A DNA stretch of 64,000 nt from Bispira polyomma (taxonomy: Eukaryota), in assembly GCA_965649765.1 (NCBI GenBank), contig OZ287754.1, forward strand, positions 35,712,001-35,776,000. Direction: 5' to 3'. Below the pieces are notes generated by a model. The model made no database searches. It was not told the DNA's origin and was given only the letters and a program-made list of their open reading frames with translations. The translations under genes were made by a program, and so were the position numbers. Shown in pieces: positions 12,741 through 27,379 of the stretch. Position 1 is the first letter of the stretch, and every line of letters begins with the position of its first letter.

Positions 12741-14220
12741 CAGTGACTACAGAATTATAGTAGTTAATGCTTGAATATTACAATTTTTTTAAATTTAAGA
12801 AAAAATTAAATCTTACAAATCATTCAATGCATAGCTATATAATACATACCAGCTTGTAGCCCTTGGCCTGAGCTTCCCAATGCTTTTTACAAAATCAAAC
12901 TCGCCCCACTACTCACTGAGATATCCCCAAAATCAATACATGTGTGTTCATGTGTGTCTTTGTACATCAGTGACGCACATCAGCAACACACATGCGACCA
13001 TTTGTCTCACAGCTTGAGACAATTTTTCGCAAATCCCCATGTACATACAAATCTCTAAGCTAATCCATGACTATTATGCATCCAGTGACTACAGAATTAT
13101 GACAGCTAATGTTTGAATAATACAATTTTTTAAATTTTAAAAAAAATTATCTTACAAATTATTCAATGTACATATATTATACATGCCAGCTTGTAGCCCT
13201 TGACCTGTGCTTTCCAATGCTCTTTACAAAATTAGAATTGCCCCACTAGTCACTGAGATATCCTCAAAATCAATACATGCGTGTTTTAAGATTAGTATAT
13301 CATTGACACATCATTAACATATCACTTTTTGGGGAGCTCCAAAAAATCCAAGATGGCGGCTGAGTGATAATAGAGTTATTTGTAAAATTTGGAACCGTTC
13401 AAGGGTCCCAATTTTTGAAGTTCGCAGAGGGCACACTTTTTATCAAAGTATGTGCTAATTTCATACACGGAAATCATATTCTCAGTAACATTTTACCTTG
13501 TGTAAACGCCATTTTCTGAAACTTATAAAAAACTGTGAAACTTCCAAGGAAGCTTCCATCTTCCTTCTCCCCTTAGCAACCAGGGACATGCTAAACTCAA
13601 ACAGTCCCAAATCCAGTATTCTACAGTCTTCCCAAATATTCCCGAAAATGACTGATGTTTGGGGGGTTTGACATATTTGGGACAATAAGCAACCCCACCT
13701 GTCTGATTATAGGTAACCCCACCTGTCTGGTAATAGGATACCCCTGGATGGCATTTAGTGCGCACCTACCCAGTTTGGACATCCTCAGTTGCAGGATGTG
13801 ACATCATTTCCAGTGCCCCTCAGGATGTCCTATGCACAAAAGTACATTAGGTTTTCCCATTTACATTTGAATTTGCAACATGGTTGCCAACGTGGTGGGT
13901 ATGGTGATACGACGATTTGTCGCACACCTTGTGACGATTTTTTGCACATTCCCATCTACATACAAATTCCCACACTAATCCATGCAACAATTTGTTGCAC
14001 ACCATGTGATGATTTGTCGCACACTCTACGACAATTGGTTGCACTGCTTGCGACAATTTGTCACAGGGTTTCCTATCTACCATTTGAATTTGTGACAATC
14101 AGTCACACTGCTTGCGACAATTAGTCGCATCACTTGCAACATTTAGTCGCACAGTTTGTGACAAATCGTCGCATCACCACAGCAACCACCCTAGCAACCA
14201 TGGTTGCCATAGCAACCTGC
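12741..14220. repeat. Complex repeat region: ~340-bp direct duplication, 21-bp tandem triplet and many GCGACAATTTGTCGC-like short palindromes; probable DNA-transposon body or subterminal region
   Basis: CAGTGACTACAGAATTAT... occurs at 12741 and 13083. ACCCCACCTGTCTG repeats lie at 13692-13745, and palindromic units at 12990-13030 and 13910-14175. Confidence 0.6.
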
Positions 14221-14899
14221 ACCCAATCTGCACCTGTGCGGGGGGGGGGGGGGGGACTTTGCTCATTCCATACTACTGTTATTTACTTTTAGTGTATGTT
14301 TATTTTAATATCTATTGTTTTATATTGGCCTTTTTTTTTTGGGGGGGAGGGGGGGTATTGATAGGACGGGAGAATTAATTTTGTGTACTTCGTTGATTTA
14401 TTAGGGATTGTTTCCTTTTCACAATTTCTTCATTTAGTTGGATGTTAATTGAGTTTACTTTTTAGTTTCAGAGAGAAATCATATGTTATTTCCATTTCAT
14501 TGTGTATATACCTCCAGTCTCCGTTTAGTTCCATACAGAAATCTCAGGTGTGAAGTTGAAAAGGGAAGTGATAAGTGAACACCAAGTCATTATAAAGGCA
14601 TTCTTTTGGCATTTATTAAATCTACAACAAGTATCTATAATTAGTATTGTTAAAACTAACAATTGGCTACAATTGCCCATTCTTCTAGAGTCTGATATTG
14701 GATTTTGTTTCTACCTTGAGGTATGCTATATACCTGCTGGTAAATACACATATATCCAAAATTATCTTTGGACTTGATTGGATTTGTGCAATTACCGCTT
14801 TACACATTTGTAAATTTTGGGTTGTAAAAAGGGGCCACCTTGAATGTCAGATTTGTTGACGGAAGGAGAATGGTGTTGTACAATAGACTGTGGTGACAC

Positions 14900-15790
14900 A
14901 GGACATATAGCACTATCCCCCCCTTAAGGGGGAGCAGAAGAGATTTGCTATTTCTTGGACACTAACTTGTTTACGTTTTGGTTTAATTTCACCTTTTTTG
15001 GGGTCAATAGAAAGGGTTGTGGAGGGCGGGATTTTTTTTTCACACACACATCCCCTGCAAAATTTCCCTGAACCTCTTTTGTTTTCAACTTTTTAGATTC
15101 ATTAAATGCCTCCAGCCAAGCAGTGTTCCAAAAAGACCTAGTTTTTATGCTTTCGGGGCTTTCTGGAGGCTTCTCCCGTTTTCCAGGCCCCTGCAATTGA
15201 TTTCCCTATGTGCATTAAATTTACTAGTGAGGCCAAAACACTTGGCACAACCATGTTTTAAAATCATTCCAGCAAAGGCATAGTCACCTGACTGGGTAAA
15301 AGTGCCTTTGTTGTAGGCAGTACAGGGTACAGTTTTACTTATTCCGGAATTTTTTTGTGGAAACAGTTGAAGTAGTTTCACAACTATTTTCTTTAATAGT
15401 ATGCTGTGTCAAGCGAGCTCTAATTTCATGAACAGATACCATGTCATGCCAATTAACTTTCCCCTTTTCCATTTCGAGTAATAGAACACAGTGGGTGCTT
15501 TTGGCAGTATATTATGACGTTTCCATGGCATCCCTCATTAATTCTACTCCGTATTGCATCATGTTATTTTTAACTACATTTTCTGGTTCCTCTAACATAC
15601 ATTGTAAATAGCCTTGATACCACATAAGTGGAATAAGTTCATCATAAGCTGGATATTTTCTACTAGAGTTTACATAACAATGTTCATGTGGCCCATTAAT
15701 ATGTTCTCTAATGGTATGCTCACCAGTAGTAATAAACCAAGTTTTGTTACCTTGCTTCTCTGGTGAGGAGGCTAGCCTGTTTTTATGTTG
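14900..15790 (-). mobile_element. DIRS-order (Ngaro-like) retrotransposon remnant a: gag C-terminal half and start of pol
   Basis: Manual translation gives KQGNK...YPAYDELIPLMWYQGYLQCMLEE...MRDAMETS*YTAKSTHCVLLLEMEKGKVNW and PCTAYNKGT...HGCAKC, homologous to gag of the 42.6-49.5 kb element. Confidence 0.8.
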
Positions 15791-16998
15791 TTTTAAGTGC
15801 GTGTCGACTTGACGTTGGATGTGGTCATTCTGACGCAGAAATTTTTGACTAGGCAGTAGTAAGTCCTCGGAATCCTGGCAGTTGTAGTGTCCACGGTCAG
15901 CTGGTCTACTTTCCTCACAACGGCCCTGTTCAGCAGCAGATCTATCAGCTCATCTGGTAAAAACAGGAAGGCCCCCTCGTTGTTTAGACTCCATGTCATC
16001 AAGTGATCTCAGTCTTTGTCACCCATCAGCAATTCATTACTGTCGGCGATGTAATTCGGACAGACTTTGTACAGGAACATAATAAAGAAAACTACTTATA
16101 TAAAAGTGTATTAAAGAAAGGCATAAATTAAAAGTAATAAAATTTCGGGAGAACAATTACCTTTTTAGATTAGGTACAATCGGGATCTGGTCAACACTTA
16201 ATCTAGAAAGGCTCATGACTTATTTGAAATAGTTTGAAATGGATTTTTCATCCATTATAGGACACTGTAGAGTTTGATTTATATAAACAGCATGAAGTCA
16301 TAACTAAAATTAGCAATAACAATTCATTTCTTTATTGGACTTTACCCAATGCAGTGCAAAAGCAATGTAAATTCAATTTACACCTACATGTATGTGTACA
16401 TGGATTAAAAACTGTTTCAATCACACAATTTACATTTGGCTGCCTACTATTACAATGAGGAAGGAAGGAAATGGTTTCTGACACTAAATCCAGTTAAGTG
16501 AGTCTAGTCTTCACAAACAAATCAGTTAATCCATGGCTTCCCATTAATTCGTATCAAATTAATCTGTGCAAAAGGCATATTGGAAGAAAAAGTGTATTGT
16601 GATCTTACAACAAATTAGGGCAATTTTGAAAAGAAAATTACACCCCAAGAAAAGATGCATTATAAATGTAAGTTTATCAGTAAAACAAGTAATAACTGGA
16701 ACATTCAATAATAAGCTTTAAACCTGTGATTATTTTCAAACAATTAACAATAATTCATCATCATGTGAATTAATTATATAATTCAAACATTTAAGATGTC
16801 TAGTTTTCAATTTTAATCCAATCTCAAGTTTGGCTAGTTTTCCTTGCCAATCTAAGATGGGATAGCTCATCTTAAGATAGGCTGCGAAACTTATAAGTTG
16901 GCCTGTTGCCCATCTTACGATTGGCCAATTGTAAGTTAGGGTTTGACATTTACACAGTACAATGACAAAAATAATTCAGCCATTAAATACAATATCAG

Positions 16999-17706
16999 GG
17001 CCCTATAAATCAAAACCTTCGTTGCAATGTCAACTGATGAACGTGTGACGACAAAACTACCAGACATAAACTGGACAACTCTGAGGGTAAATGGAAACCA
17101 TTGGTTAGGTTTTCGTTAGTCGATCCCAAACAAAGGTCTAACTGATGTGGTTGTATGGCGTCATATAATGTGGTTATAATATAAATGTAAACATTAGGCC
17201 CCTTGTAACAAACACTAACATTTAATATGTCTTACACAGAGTATTGATCCAACTAGTGCAACAATAAGTTATGGGTATCATTTATCTGGAACTTTAAAAT
17301 TTACGTAAAATACAATGAAGTCCTGTACATCTCCAAATAAATATTGTGACAGATATCATGACACATATGTACAAATGCATTTGTAAATAAAGCGAGGACT
17401 CAATATTATTTCTATTGATTTTTTTGTGGGCTATATTGGATACAAAAGTTAAATATATTGCATAATTACCATTTTCTTGCTATTTAGACATGTTTGCTGT
17501 GGTTTTCATTGATTTATTGGTGAATATATTACCTAATACCTAACGACAGGACCTCAGTTGTCGTTTAGGTTTTAGGGTTTTACGAAGTAAATGAACTAAT
17601 AGACGACTAATAAGGCTTTCCATTTACACATAACTTTCTCAACTAAGGCTTAACCAATATACATAACGAGTTAGTTGGTGTAACGAGAGCTTCAATTTAC
17701 AGGCCC
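16999..17706. mobile_element. MITE with imperfect TIRs and 3-bp CAG target duplication (PIF/Harbinger-like)
   Basis: The left end GGCCCTATAAATCAAAACCTTCGTTGCA matches the reverse complement of the right end, GGGCCTGTAAATTGAAGCTCTCGTTACA. CAG lies at 16996-16998 and 17707-17709. Confidence 0.7.
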
Positions 17707-18522
17707 CAGGGCTCCTGCTTCCACAAGTGTTAAACAAAATGCCAATATTTGGCATAGTGCACAATAATGCAAGCAGTGTACCAATGAAGAGTTCACACTG
17801 TCACTTGGCCACAAATAGGATCATAGTTTGATTGAATGACAGAAGGAAAAAGTTAAAAATAAAATATTTCTATACATATCATGAACATAATATTTGGTGG
17901 AATGGTAAATAAATGCCATACCTATTAGTTGATCCATTAAAAATATGTTGGAAACTGTTTGAGTTATAAAGGTTCAAAGTCCAAAATATGCCTAAATTAG
18001 GATCATCATTTGATAAACGCTTCTACGTAACATAGGAGTGCGTTATGGGGTATATGGACGTTGTACTTGAAACATAATGTCCAACAGAAAACATCATTAC
18101 CAATTGATGTCAATGAGGGTGGGTAATGAAATCAATATGTATTTCTCAAGTTACTTCAAATTGCATCACACATACATCAAATAAAAGATTTAAGTGATTT
18201 TTATCATTCATTTAAAAGGGGTCATTTCAAGAATTATTCAGAGACATATGTTAGCCAGCCTAAATGAATCACACCAATGATCGGGCTTGCATCAGAGAAA
18301 CGTAATGGAATGACATGATAACAAAAGATAACGCTGTTGCTTTCTGATTTGGGATACTTGTAAATTATGTTGTGCTTCTGATGTTTAACTTCATGACATG
18401 CAACTGCATTATAATTATATAACACCCGGCGGATATTATAATAATATGTTATGATTCTGTATATTTCAATATTACTTTAACATGGAAATGCTGGGGAATA
18501 TTACAGTATTAAGTTATAATCC

Positions 18523-18637
18523 TTTAATATCCCCCAGAGGAATAAACAGTACCAACAACTTAATCTCGTTTAATCCCCAGGGGATATTTCAGGAAGATTT
18601 CTCAATCCCGAAATATTCCCCGAGGGGGATATATTAA
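18523..18637. repeat. Imperfect inverted repeat / hairpin
   Basis: TTAATATCCCCCAGAGGAATA pairs with TATTCCCCGAGGGGGATATATTAA. Confidence 0.55.
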
Positions 18638-18849
18638 GAAAACGCCCACACAGTCAGAGGTGCATGTTCCATGGCTCTGAATGTCGCACAATGGAATATT
18701 ATATCGATGTCACCCTAGAGCGACGGAAATCATGGAATGCGGGGGGGAATCCTGCAGACTCAATCTTGCCAACACTAGGTGGAGGTTGTGACGTAACCTA
18801 GAATCTGTAAGGGGAACCCATTCACTCTCCAGCTTATACTGAAAGAGTG

Positions 18850-19330
18850 GGCCATTATTTGAGCCTTGGGTTATGGCCAACAGATTCCTACTGCTAGATG
18901 GGACACTGAAATTTCAAGTGGTAACTACCTTCTGAGCCCGGGTCCTTCTAATTCTGTCTGTTTTCGGAGTTTCCCCCCAAGAAATATTGCCCTCCTCCAA
19001 TTTACAGAGGACAATATGTGCCCCCTCAGCAGTGTTCTATGAGAAGTCATGGCCCTCATCCACCAATTCAGATATATTTTTGAAACCTAAACCCATTTGG
19101 CCATAGAGAGGCCATAATAGGAAAGTATTGTTTTCAACTGTCCACCTATTTTCAGGCCATGACACTTGGCGCCTGTCTCATTGATGTGGGTGAGTTTACG
19201 TAGTCTTGTATCTACTGCTGCCTGAATATGGTGAGACTCCGTCAGTATCTGGACGGATGGTACCAGTACATCGTCAGGCATAGATTCCCACTCAGCTTGG
19301 TCTGGACTGGCTGCCATACTCACACTGATG
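18850..19330 (-). mobile_element. DIRS-order remnant b: internally deleted gag
   Basis: Translates in pieces as DDVLVPSVQILTESHHIQAAVDTRLRKL, RQVSWPEN, LSMAKWV and DEGHDFS*NTAEGAHIVLCKLEEGNISW. Confidence 0.8.
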
Positions 19331-21265
19331 TACTAGAATCAGTTTTTGCACAGTAGCAGGTATAGTATTAAGTTCAGACTGTTACACACATTTTTCCATC
19401 GATACAGCTACCCGGATCATTCACTCTCTGGTAGTTTTTATGGAGTTTCTATTGCAGTCACCAATTCTGTAGCAGTGTTGAAGTTGATGACTCAAAATTT
19501 TCATGATGATCACTCTCATTTGTCTCATAAATATGGTCATCTCTTCATTTGAAGCATTAACCACAATTACACTTTCACACCAAAACCTTGGGGAATCTTT
19601 GATATTATTTGACTTATTTCAAGTTATAATAGCTTTTTATTCTGTAATATGTAGGATAAACTACATTTTTAATTCTTTATTGGCGTCGTGAGTCAACTTT
19701 CCATAACGCACATCTTTAAACCCTGCACATAATCTTAACATCGATGAATTGGTGTCACGATAATATCCTGCAAAATAACAGAATTTTACTAATATTTACT
19801 GCATTGAATGGCTGTACCTTCATCAATATTTAACCCTAAATTTTCGTTTTTGTATCACCGGAAAGCTATTATTTTATGCTTTTCAATAGTCCAGTTTCCA
19901 GATCCAATGAATATTAGTTGAGCTTTGTGCAGAAAGCATTGTAAAAATCTTAAAACTTTTAAGATAAATAGGCATTGATCAAATTATGATTTTTCTGTAA
20001 TTAAATTAAAAGCTAAAATTATAAGATTTATATATTATAAATGAGCCATTAATACACTTTTTGACCCATTTTACAGAATAAAATTTCCTTCAATACTGAC
20101 TGAGATAGTGGCCTTTATATTATACATACATATTTTACTGTGAATTCTATTTGGCAGTCATTTTTTTTATTGTCGTGAAAAATCTGCGTATACCGAACGA
20201 TCCTTTACCCAATTTATATGAAAATGAGTCGAGATCTGTTAGAAACTGTGATTAAAGTTCAAAATATATAAAAATTAAAACTGGAAAATGGCAGTTTCTT
20301 ACTTCTAAATAAAATCTGCTTTCTAATGATTGGATTGTATGTTTTAATTTGCATCTGGTAACGAAAATCTCTAAAACCACCACTCGTCTCGAAAACGTAA
20401 ATTGCTTTCAGTATATATCTATGAAGTTAAATAAAAAAAGATCCCAAAAAGAACCAAATAGAAGCAAGTCCCCTTAGTTATTTGATATTTAATTTTAATG
20501 AAATATGATAGCTGTGAGTGATAATAGACGTTATTGTAGACCAATTTTTACCCGTGATACAACTAGCCCCGTAAATTAAAATAATTATATATATTTGCCG
20601 TTTTTCGTCAGTAACCAAATGTGTTTTATATCTCATACATTATAAAATAATATCTTAACATGTCTTGATTAAAATACAGCTCCAATTTTCCCCGAAAACG
20701 ATCTTTTTCAACGTGAAATAAGGAAATGGTTAAAACTCACGAATCTACGACACACAAGGCTATCTATATATAGTCAATATTCCAAAATCCGGTCCATTCC
20801 AATTTCTGGTCTAAACGTTTTTAATGTCACAATTGAGATAATTTACAAATAAATGTGCTAAATCAAATTTTGTAACTTTCAAAGAGAAATGTTAATTAAT
20901 TGAAATACACATTTTGGCGAGAGTTAAGTGGTATCCAATGTGTACAACTGCTATGATATAAAAGACCTACACCACATTTTTAATAGACTGGAAAGGGGTA
21001 CCACCATCATATATCTATCATCAAACGTCTTGTTAGCATACACTTCATGTTAACGGACACCAGACCTGCTAGCAAATCTCTTATTTTGGGGTTTAGAAAA
21101 AAATAAAATGTGGACGAAAACATAAACGGCATTCTCTGATCTTTCTATTTGTATTATCCCCCACTGAAGACCGACCCTGTAGCGACTGTGTGGTTATCAA
21201 TTTTGACCGCTATCTTGTGACTGGTTCACTATTTTCGGAGTCAAGGCAAGTATTATAGATGGAAT

Positions 21266-24200
21266 TTAATTTATGATCTTGTCTATCCTGAGGGTTTCTT
21301 CGTCAATGTCAATAACAATGCCCATACATGTAACTCGTTTACTGGGAGGTACTAGTTTACTGGGGTTTATAGGAAGACCTAAATCTGGCAGTAATTGCTG
21401 TAAAGTATCAAAAGCTAAGGTAGCCTTATCTTTATGTTCTATGAGTATGAAGTCATCAATGTAATTTATAACTGTGTAACGTTTTTGTTTCATTATGAAG
21501 ATGATACAGTCATAGGTCATCATAAAAGCTGCAGTCCCATGAGGAAGTCCAAAAGTAAGACTTAAATTAAGGAAGCATTGCTTTTTCAGATATAACCGAG
21601 TTTCAAACAGTCATAAGGGTCTATTCTTAGGTTACGAAACATGTAAGCTATGTCCACTTTTGCTAAGGTCGTCTTAGGTCCTATGTCCATAATGAGAGAG
21701 GTTATTTAATCAATGGTGGGTAATTTTAAAGTGAAGTCAATTGTGTCGTACTTTGTTTTAACAGTGCAGTCGTTTACAGAGTTCCCTGCTGGGTGAGATA
21801 AATTCATATAAGACAGTGCTTGTCAATGTCTTTAGGTTAAAAGTTGAGAGCAAAGTATGTCGGGGTGAAGGTGGGAACAAGCTGGGCCCATTAAAGTGCC
21901 TCGTTTGAGTTCTGTGACAAAATATTTATCAACAGCTTCTGGGAAAAATCTATTGGTATTGGTTTTTAACATTTTGAACAGTTAATCTATCTCTATCATA
22001 AAGTAAAATGGGAAAGCCAAATTCAATGTATTGTAATATGATATTGTCCGGAAAGTCTGTCAAATATTTTTTCCAATTTTCGACATTGAGGTTACTCTTA
22101 AGAGGTATCCTGACTTGTTTATAATTAGAAACTCTAGAAGTCTTAACAATATCAGCAATTTCAATAAGTTTGTCATATGAATTTATGTGAACTTCTCGCT
22201 TTTCTGGGCCTACCAATTCAAAGTTATTCTGTCTGTGTGGTATAAAACCATAAGTTTTATCACTAGAAAAAGTAAAGGCCTCCTGTTTGACATTGTCAAT
22301 ACTAGTGTCTGATGATTCAAATGTCAAAATGTCATTAATCATGACGTCTTCATTATGCACTAATGTAGGTTTTGAATCATAGAGATTTCATTATGCACTA
22401 ATATAGGTTTTTGAATCTTAACATTGTCATTATGCACTAATATATATTCCAGGTTTGTGTCATTGGGTAAGGGTAAGGGAACCTGATGATTATTGTTTAA
22501 ATGGTTCTGGTGTTGAAAATTTTGTTTGCAGATCTTGGCAATGATATCTGTATAATAAAAGGTTTGTCCAATTTTTGTATGTGTATGTGCCACATTATGC
22601 TTTGTAATTTTTGACTGATTGGATTGAGTGTAGTTTAAGACTGTAGTACAACTGGTTTTCACATAGGATAATGACCACATATGAACCAGTGTATAGGGGT
22701 TTGATGTAAGTACCACATATTATGACAATAAGTCCATTTGTATACACCTGAGATACATGGATCATCATGACAAACAATATAACAATAAGTTAGACAATCA
22801 TGATTAAAGTTACTGATACTAACATAAATGTCTACTGTACAAGAAACAAATGATGTCTTGTGACCATTATTGTCACCCTGAAACTAATCCATATTTTCCA
22901 ATTTAACTGGCAATTCTTGCCAACATATGTCTTTGAAAGGGCTACTGTCAGGCAATGCTTGTGATGTCTTACTGGGATCACCATAGCTCAGTTGAGCAAA
23001 TGGCTCATTGAATTTACAACTCAAATTATTTATAAAATTATGCTTAGTACTGTCTTCCTTACAAATTTTTCCATTAATGTTACTGTTTAAATCACTACTT
23101 CCTGTAAGCACACAATGACTATTAACAACATCAAAATTGAACTTAAGCTGAGTAGCTGTGGTGTCTGTTAGCAGTCTGTATCCCTAGTGGGGTGCGTTCA
23201 CGGTCGCGTTTGGGCTTCCATGGATTTTGTTGTATTTTGCTCGGGATGCAGATTCATTTTCTTGTTAAGTTGAAAGCAATTTGCACAAATATGTCTAAAT
23301 ATAATATTGTTGCCTTCGTGATCTTTCTGATGTTGGCACACATTTTTTTGGTAATGTCTGCAAGGCATCTCATTATTGTTGGAAGACGAGGTCGAAAAAG
23401 AATTGCTTGAGGGTGTAGTAGTGGAAGTAGCATTTGATATGAGGGCCTGAGAATAAGAAAGTCTGTTCATTGTCCATTTGGTGTAATCGACCCAACTCAG
23501 ACGCCCCTCTTCAAAATCATGCATATTGCTAAGCATAGGCGCCACGGGCAATCTCCAAGGAGATGGTGGAGGCGTCCTTGAGGGTGTCTGCTTACTCAAA
23601 GAGCATGGCCCGTGAAATGGCAGACTTTTTAACTTCAAGTATATTTTGAATCTGCCCAGCAGCAAACTATGAGACTGATAACTTATCGAAGGAAACTCGT
23701 TTCTCGCTTACACCGGATAAGCAGGCCTCATTCGGCCAATGCTTCATGGGGTCAGATACACACACTTCGGAAGTATTATAACATCCTGATTTACGTTTGG
23801 TGGTCAGCTTACCTTGGAGAGTTTCATCTTTGGCCCAGGCTTCATATTGTGTTAGCCATTGAGAGACCTCATTCTGGATGAGCAACAACTGCTCCAGAAC
23901 TTCGGGAGTCGGTAGAATGGTGTCTTTGAAGGTACGTTGGGTTGCTTTGTGGTCATACTGGTAATGCAAACTAGTTGGTTGACGTGTTGAGAAATCTGCT
24001 GTGAGAGGTTGGGGCGCGAACGAGCTGGTGGTGTTTCCTCTATGGGTGTCATAAAGCCCTAGTATAGTGGGTAACTCTGTGTGAGAACCTCAAGGTGCGT
24101 TATGAATAAAAACACGAGTAGTCTCTGTCTTTTTGGATTTTAGGTCCCAACACATCTTCTTGTAGTTTAGAAACTGTAGTTAATAATGTCTCCATCATAG

Positions 24201-24410
24201 TCTGCTGAGTGGTGTATGCATCATTTTTCATTACTTACTTGCTCACTTCTCTCAGAAACACTACTAAGGTCATCACTGACAAAACTGGTTTGGTTAAGAA
24301 CGCTATTCCCTGTATCTACAGTACGTTTGCATCTATGAAAGATTTCACATCTAGAGCACGCAGCTGTGTCGGTAGAGGTTTTCTTTTTTCCTCTACCCAT
24401 TGTTAAGAAG
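21266..24410 (-). mobile_element. DIRS-order remnant c: degraded gag and pol (RT), 3'-truncated
   Basis: Gag pieces: CSRCEIFH, WPNE, FEEGRLSW, PCRHYQKNVC..HICANC. Pol pieces: YGFIP, LNVENWKKYL..IEFGFP, VINYIDD and KLVPPSKRVTCMGI. Confidence 0.85.
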
Positions 24411-26089
24411 TATCTTCGCAAAGTAGCACAAAAGATGCACATTATCAGCCTCCATATGAAGACTCTCGTATCCTTGTAAATTAATAAACACTTAAGAAGG
24501 CAATTGGATTTTTAAGAATATTTTGTCAAAATTTTCGAAAATTTTTTGCTGATTTTTGTTGTTGATTTTTGTTGTCGGTAGCTTGACTTCTGACTTATTA
24601 GTGAACTTATAATGGAAAGGGCACGAAAACGCTGGGGGTGTAAGAAGGTGATTGGTTGTTGATACACAGATGCAGCACTAGGGTTGGAGTAGCTGTGATA
24701 TACAAAATGGTTTGAAATAGGCGCTACTGTAAAGTATAATATTTTTGCGGTTGACTAGCCATGCTACTTTGTGGCAGTGACGAAGATTAGCTTCTCACCG
24801 TATGCAAAACTGTTTGGAAAACTGTATGGAAAACATGTTTAGACATGTAGAATAAATATGTACTCTTGGGCCATTAGTATTCAGGACCATTAGGAGTTTC
24901 ATATCTATATATACATTTTCATTTGCTGATCAGCGCCTATTATTTGCCTAGAAATCATGATCATTAGCTACCAAATGTGACGCAAAAGTCTTATAACAGA
25001 AATAATGTCAGCTTCCTCATTAGGCTAGTTCAGGTTTATTTTACTCGCCACTGAAGACTTTAGTAAATAGCAGGATGATTTGGTTACATACTAAAATAAA
25101 CCAGACACAGATTTGCTTGAACTGTTTCTCCCATTTTTCTTCCATACCTACATGAACCCATGGCAGTAATTACCAATGCACTAATTAATGTGGTCTTCCA
25201 CACGATCTGCAGCTAATCAGCATCGAGGACAAAAAATGTTAAGAAGACAGTCCTCGTCATAAGTCTGCACTAGAACATCGTGCACTGATAAAATAACAGG
25301 AACGGATCAATAAATAATACATTGATCACCCGTGATGTTTAATATGAAGAGGTAAAATGGCCAAGTGAAAATATGGGGTCACCCATGTTAATCAATATGA
25401 AGAGGTTAAATGGTCAAGTAAAAATATGGCTCCATACAAAGTTAAAAACATGATAAGTAGAGGCAGTAGTAGACACATTCTTAACCCCAACACTCAACAA
25501 ACACCTTTGGTGAGCTAATAAAATATTATACCAGTGCAAATTTAAAATGTATGCCATGTTTTAGTGACAAAAGCCATGTTATTTAACATATGTGATAGCG
25601 CTATGCCGAAAATCAAACTACCACATATTTGACTTCATTCAGGAACAGTTTCCAACATTTAGTCGGTAGAAGAATTTGACCTTAAAGGTATAGGGCTTTA
25701 TTGAAGGAGAGTAAGACAAAGCTAGAAGAATTAAGCCACAAGAAATTCACGCAGCAGTTATTTGAGTATAAAGGTAAACACAATTTTGACATTGTCCATG
25801 TTTAGTTCTATTTAAAGTTATTCTTAATGTAACAATACATACATTTTGTGTTGTCTAAGAACAAGCAGCACATTCAATTAATCATTAACATATTATTAAT
25901 ATACACTTTGTTCAACTTTGTTCAACTCATCTAAACTGTCTATAGCATAGACTGTATTACAATTAAATAATTATCTGAACTTCACAATTAAACATTGTAT
26001 TATAATAAAAAAATTATCTGCACTTTACCAAAAACATTTTTACAGTATACCACAATAATATTTTTCAAATAAGAATGTTTTACATTTTG

Positions 26090-26760
26090 CTTTAAAAACA
26101 TCATAACTCGATATTTGTTCAATGTCAGTTGGCAGTTCATTCCACATTCGATGACCATGATAGCTAAAGATCTGTCTCCAAAAGTTATGTAGTGCTATGT
26201 AGTCTACCTGTCTGTTTACTTGTTTTCTCTGAAACTTAAAAAGGTATTCAGGAGCCGTTTCCTTATATACATTGGTAAATATCCACCTAGATATCTTATA
26301 CTCTTAGATCTAACAATCTTGTCATCACATACATACAAAGAGTCAGTGAAGCATTTTGAAAGGTGTACTGTACTGCCAAAGTAAATGAATCAGTCTTATC
26401 AGGATTCATTTTTAACTTGGTTTCATTCATCCACCTCTGGCTATCTATCAAGGTTTCTTCCATAGCTAGTATGAATTTCATCTCGTGTATCATTGATGTT
26501 GCAAGAAAACTCTTCTCTGTACATGATCACAAGGAAAGCAAAATAGGCTGACACCAGTGGACGCAGTGGAACAGTGTGGTGGCATAAATGATGAAGACGA
26601 AAGCCTAGCTACAACCACCCTTCAGGATCAAGAGGGATGGTTGTTTTTCATCGCTTATTCTATTATTAACTATCACACAAATGTCTCTCGTAGAACTGAA
26701 TGGTTGACAGTATCGAAAACAGCATTGAGGTCTATCAATTTTATGGCTGATATTTGATCT
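26090..26760 (-). mobile_element. Highly degraded L2/CR1-type LINE RT fragment
   Basis: Short motifs IDLNAVFDTVNH, RWMNETKLKMNPDKT, APEYL and TFGDRS occur in shifting frames. Confidence 0.65.
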
Positions 26761-27379
26761 AATTCTATTAGTCCAGTAGCTTAAGTCAATATTTCATAGG
26801 AAAGCTAAAAACCAGCATAAATATAGTGCTAATTAATGTATTAATAGAGGGGATGGACAGACACATAGAGAAGGTGAATGGTGGTCCCAGGAAAGATAAA
26901 AACAGATTAAATCTAATCGCATCTTGTCACTGATGATGAAACGTTTGGCCTGTTGTATTTTCATAAAAAATCTCAAAAAGTGGACGCATTGTTTTTTCTG
27001 ATGTGATACTGAGGTCAATATTTAAAGAGCATTTTCTATTATTAATTGTGAAGGGGCGCCAATGTGTGATAGAAAGAAGGAACTAAAGTAAATTTGACTA
27101 AAATTGTTGTAACTGTGCTTGGCTGTGTATATAAAGCCCCGATGTTAATTTTCAGGAGACTTTCAAAATTGTAAGTTATACCATGATATCTAGACTGTTT
27201 GTAAAATGAAACCTTTATGAGAATCACCTTATATATTGTGTTATTACAACATTATGGAAGTTGTGGAATTTGGATTCACTCTTGTCAGATATAACAGTTA
27301 AATTATGAAGATTATAACCCTGTATAAGTTATATTGTCAATGTCTTGATAATGATAATGATATGATAGATTCTATTTTC

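Noticed and set aside
19560-20940. Possible DNA transposon
   Set aside because: The composition is suggestive, but no convincing TIR/TSD pair or ORF could be identified.
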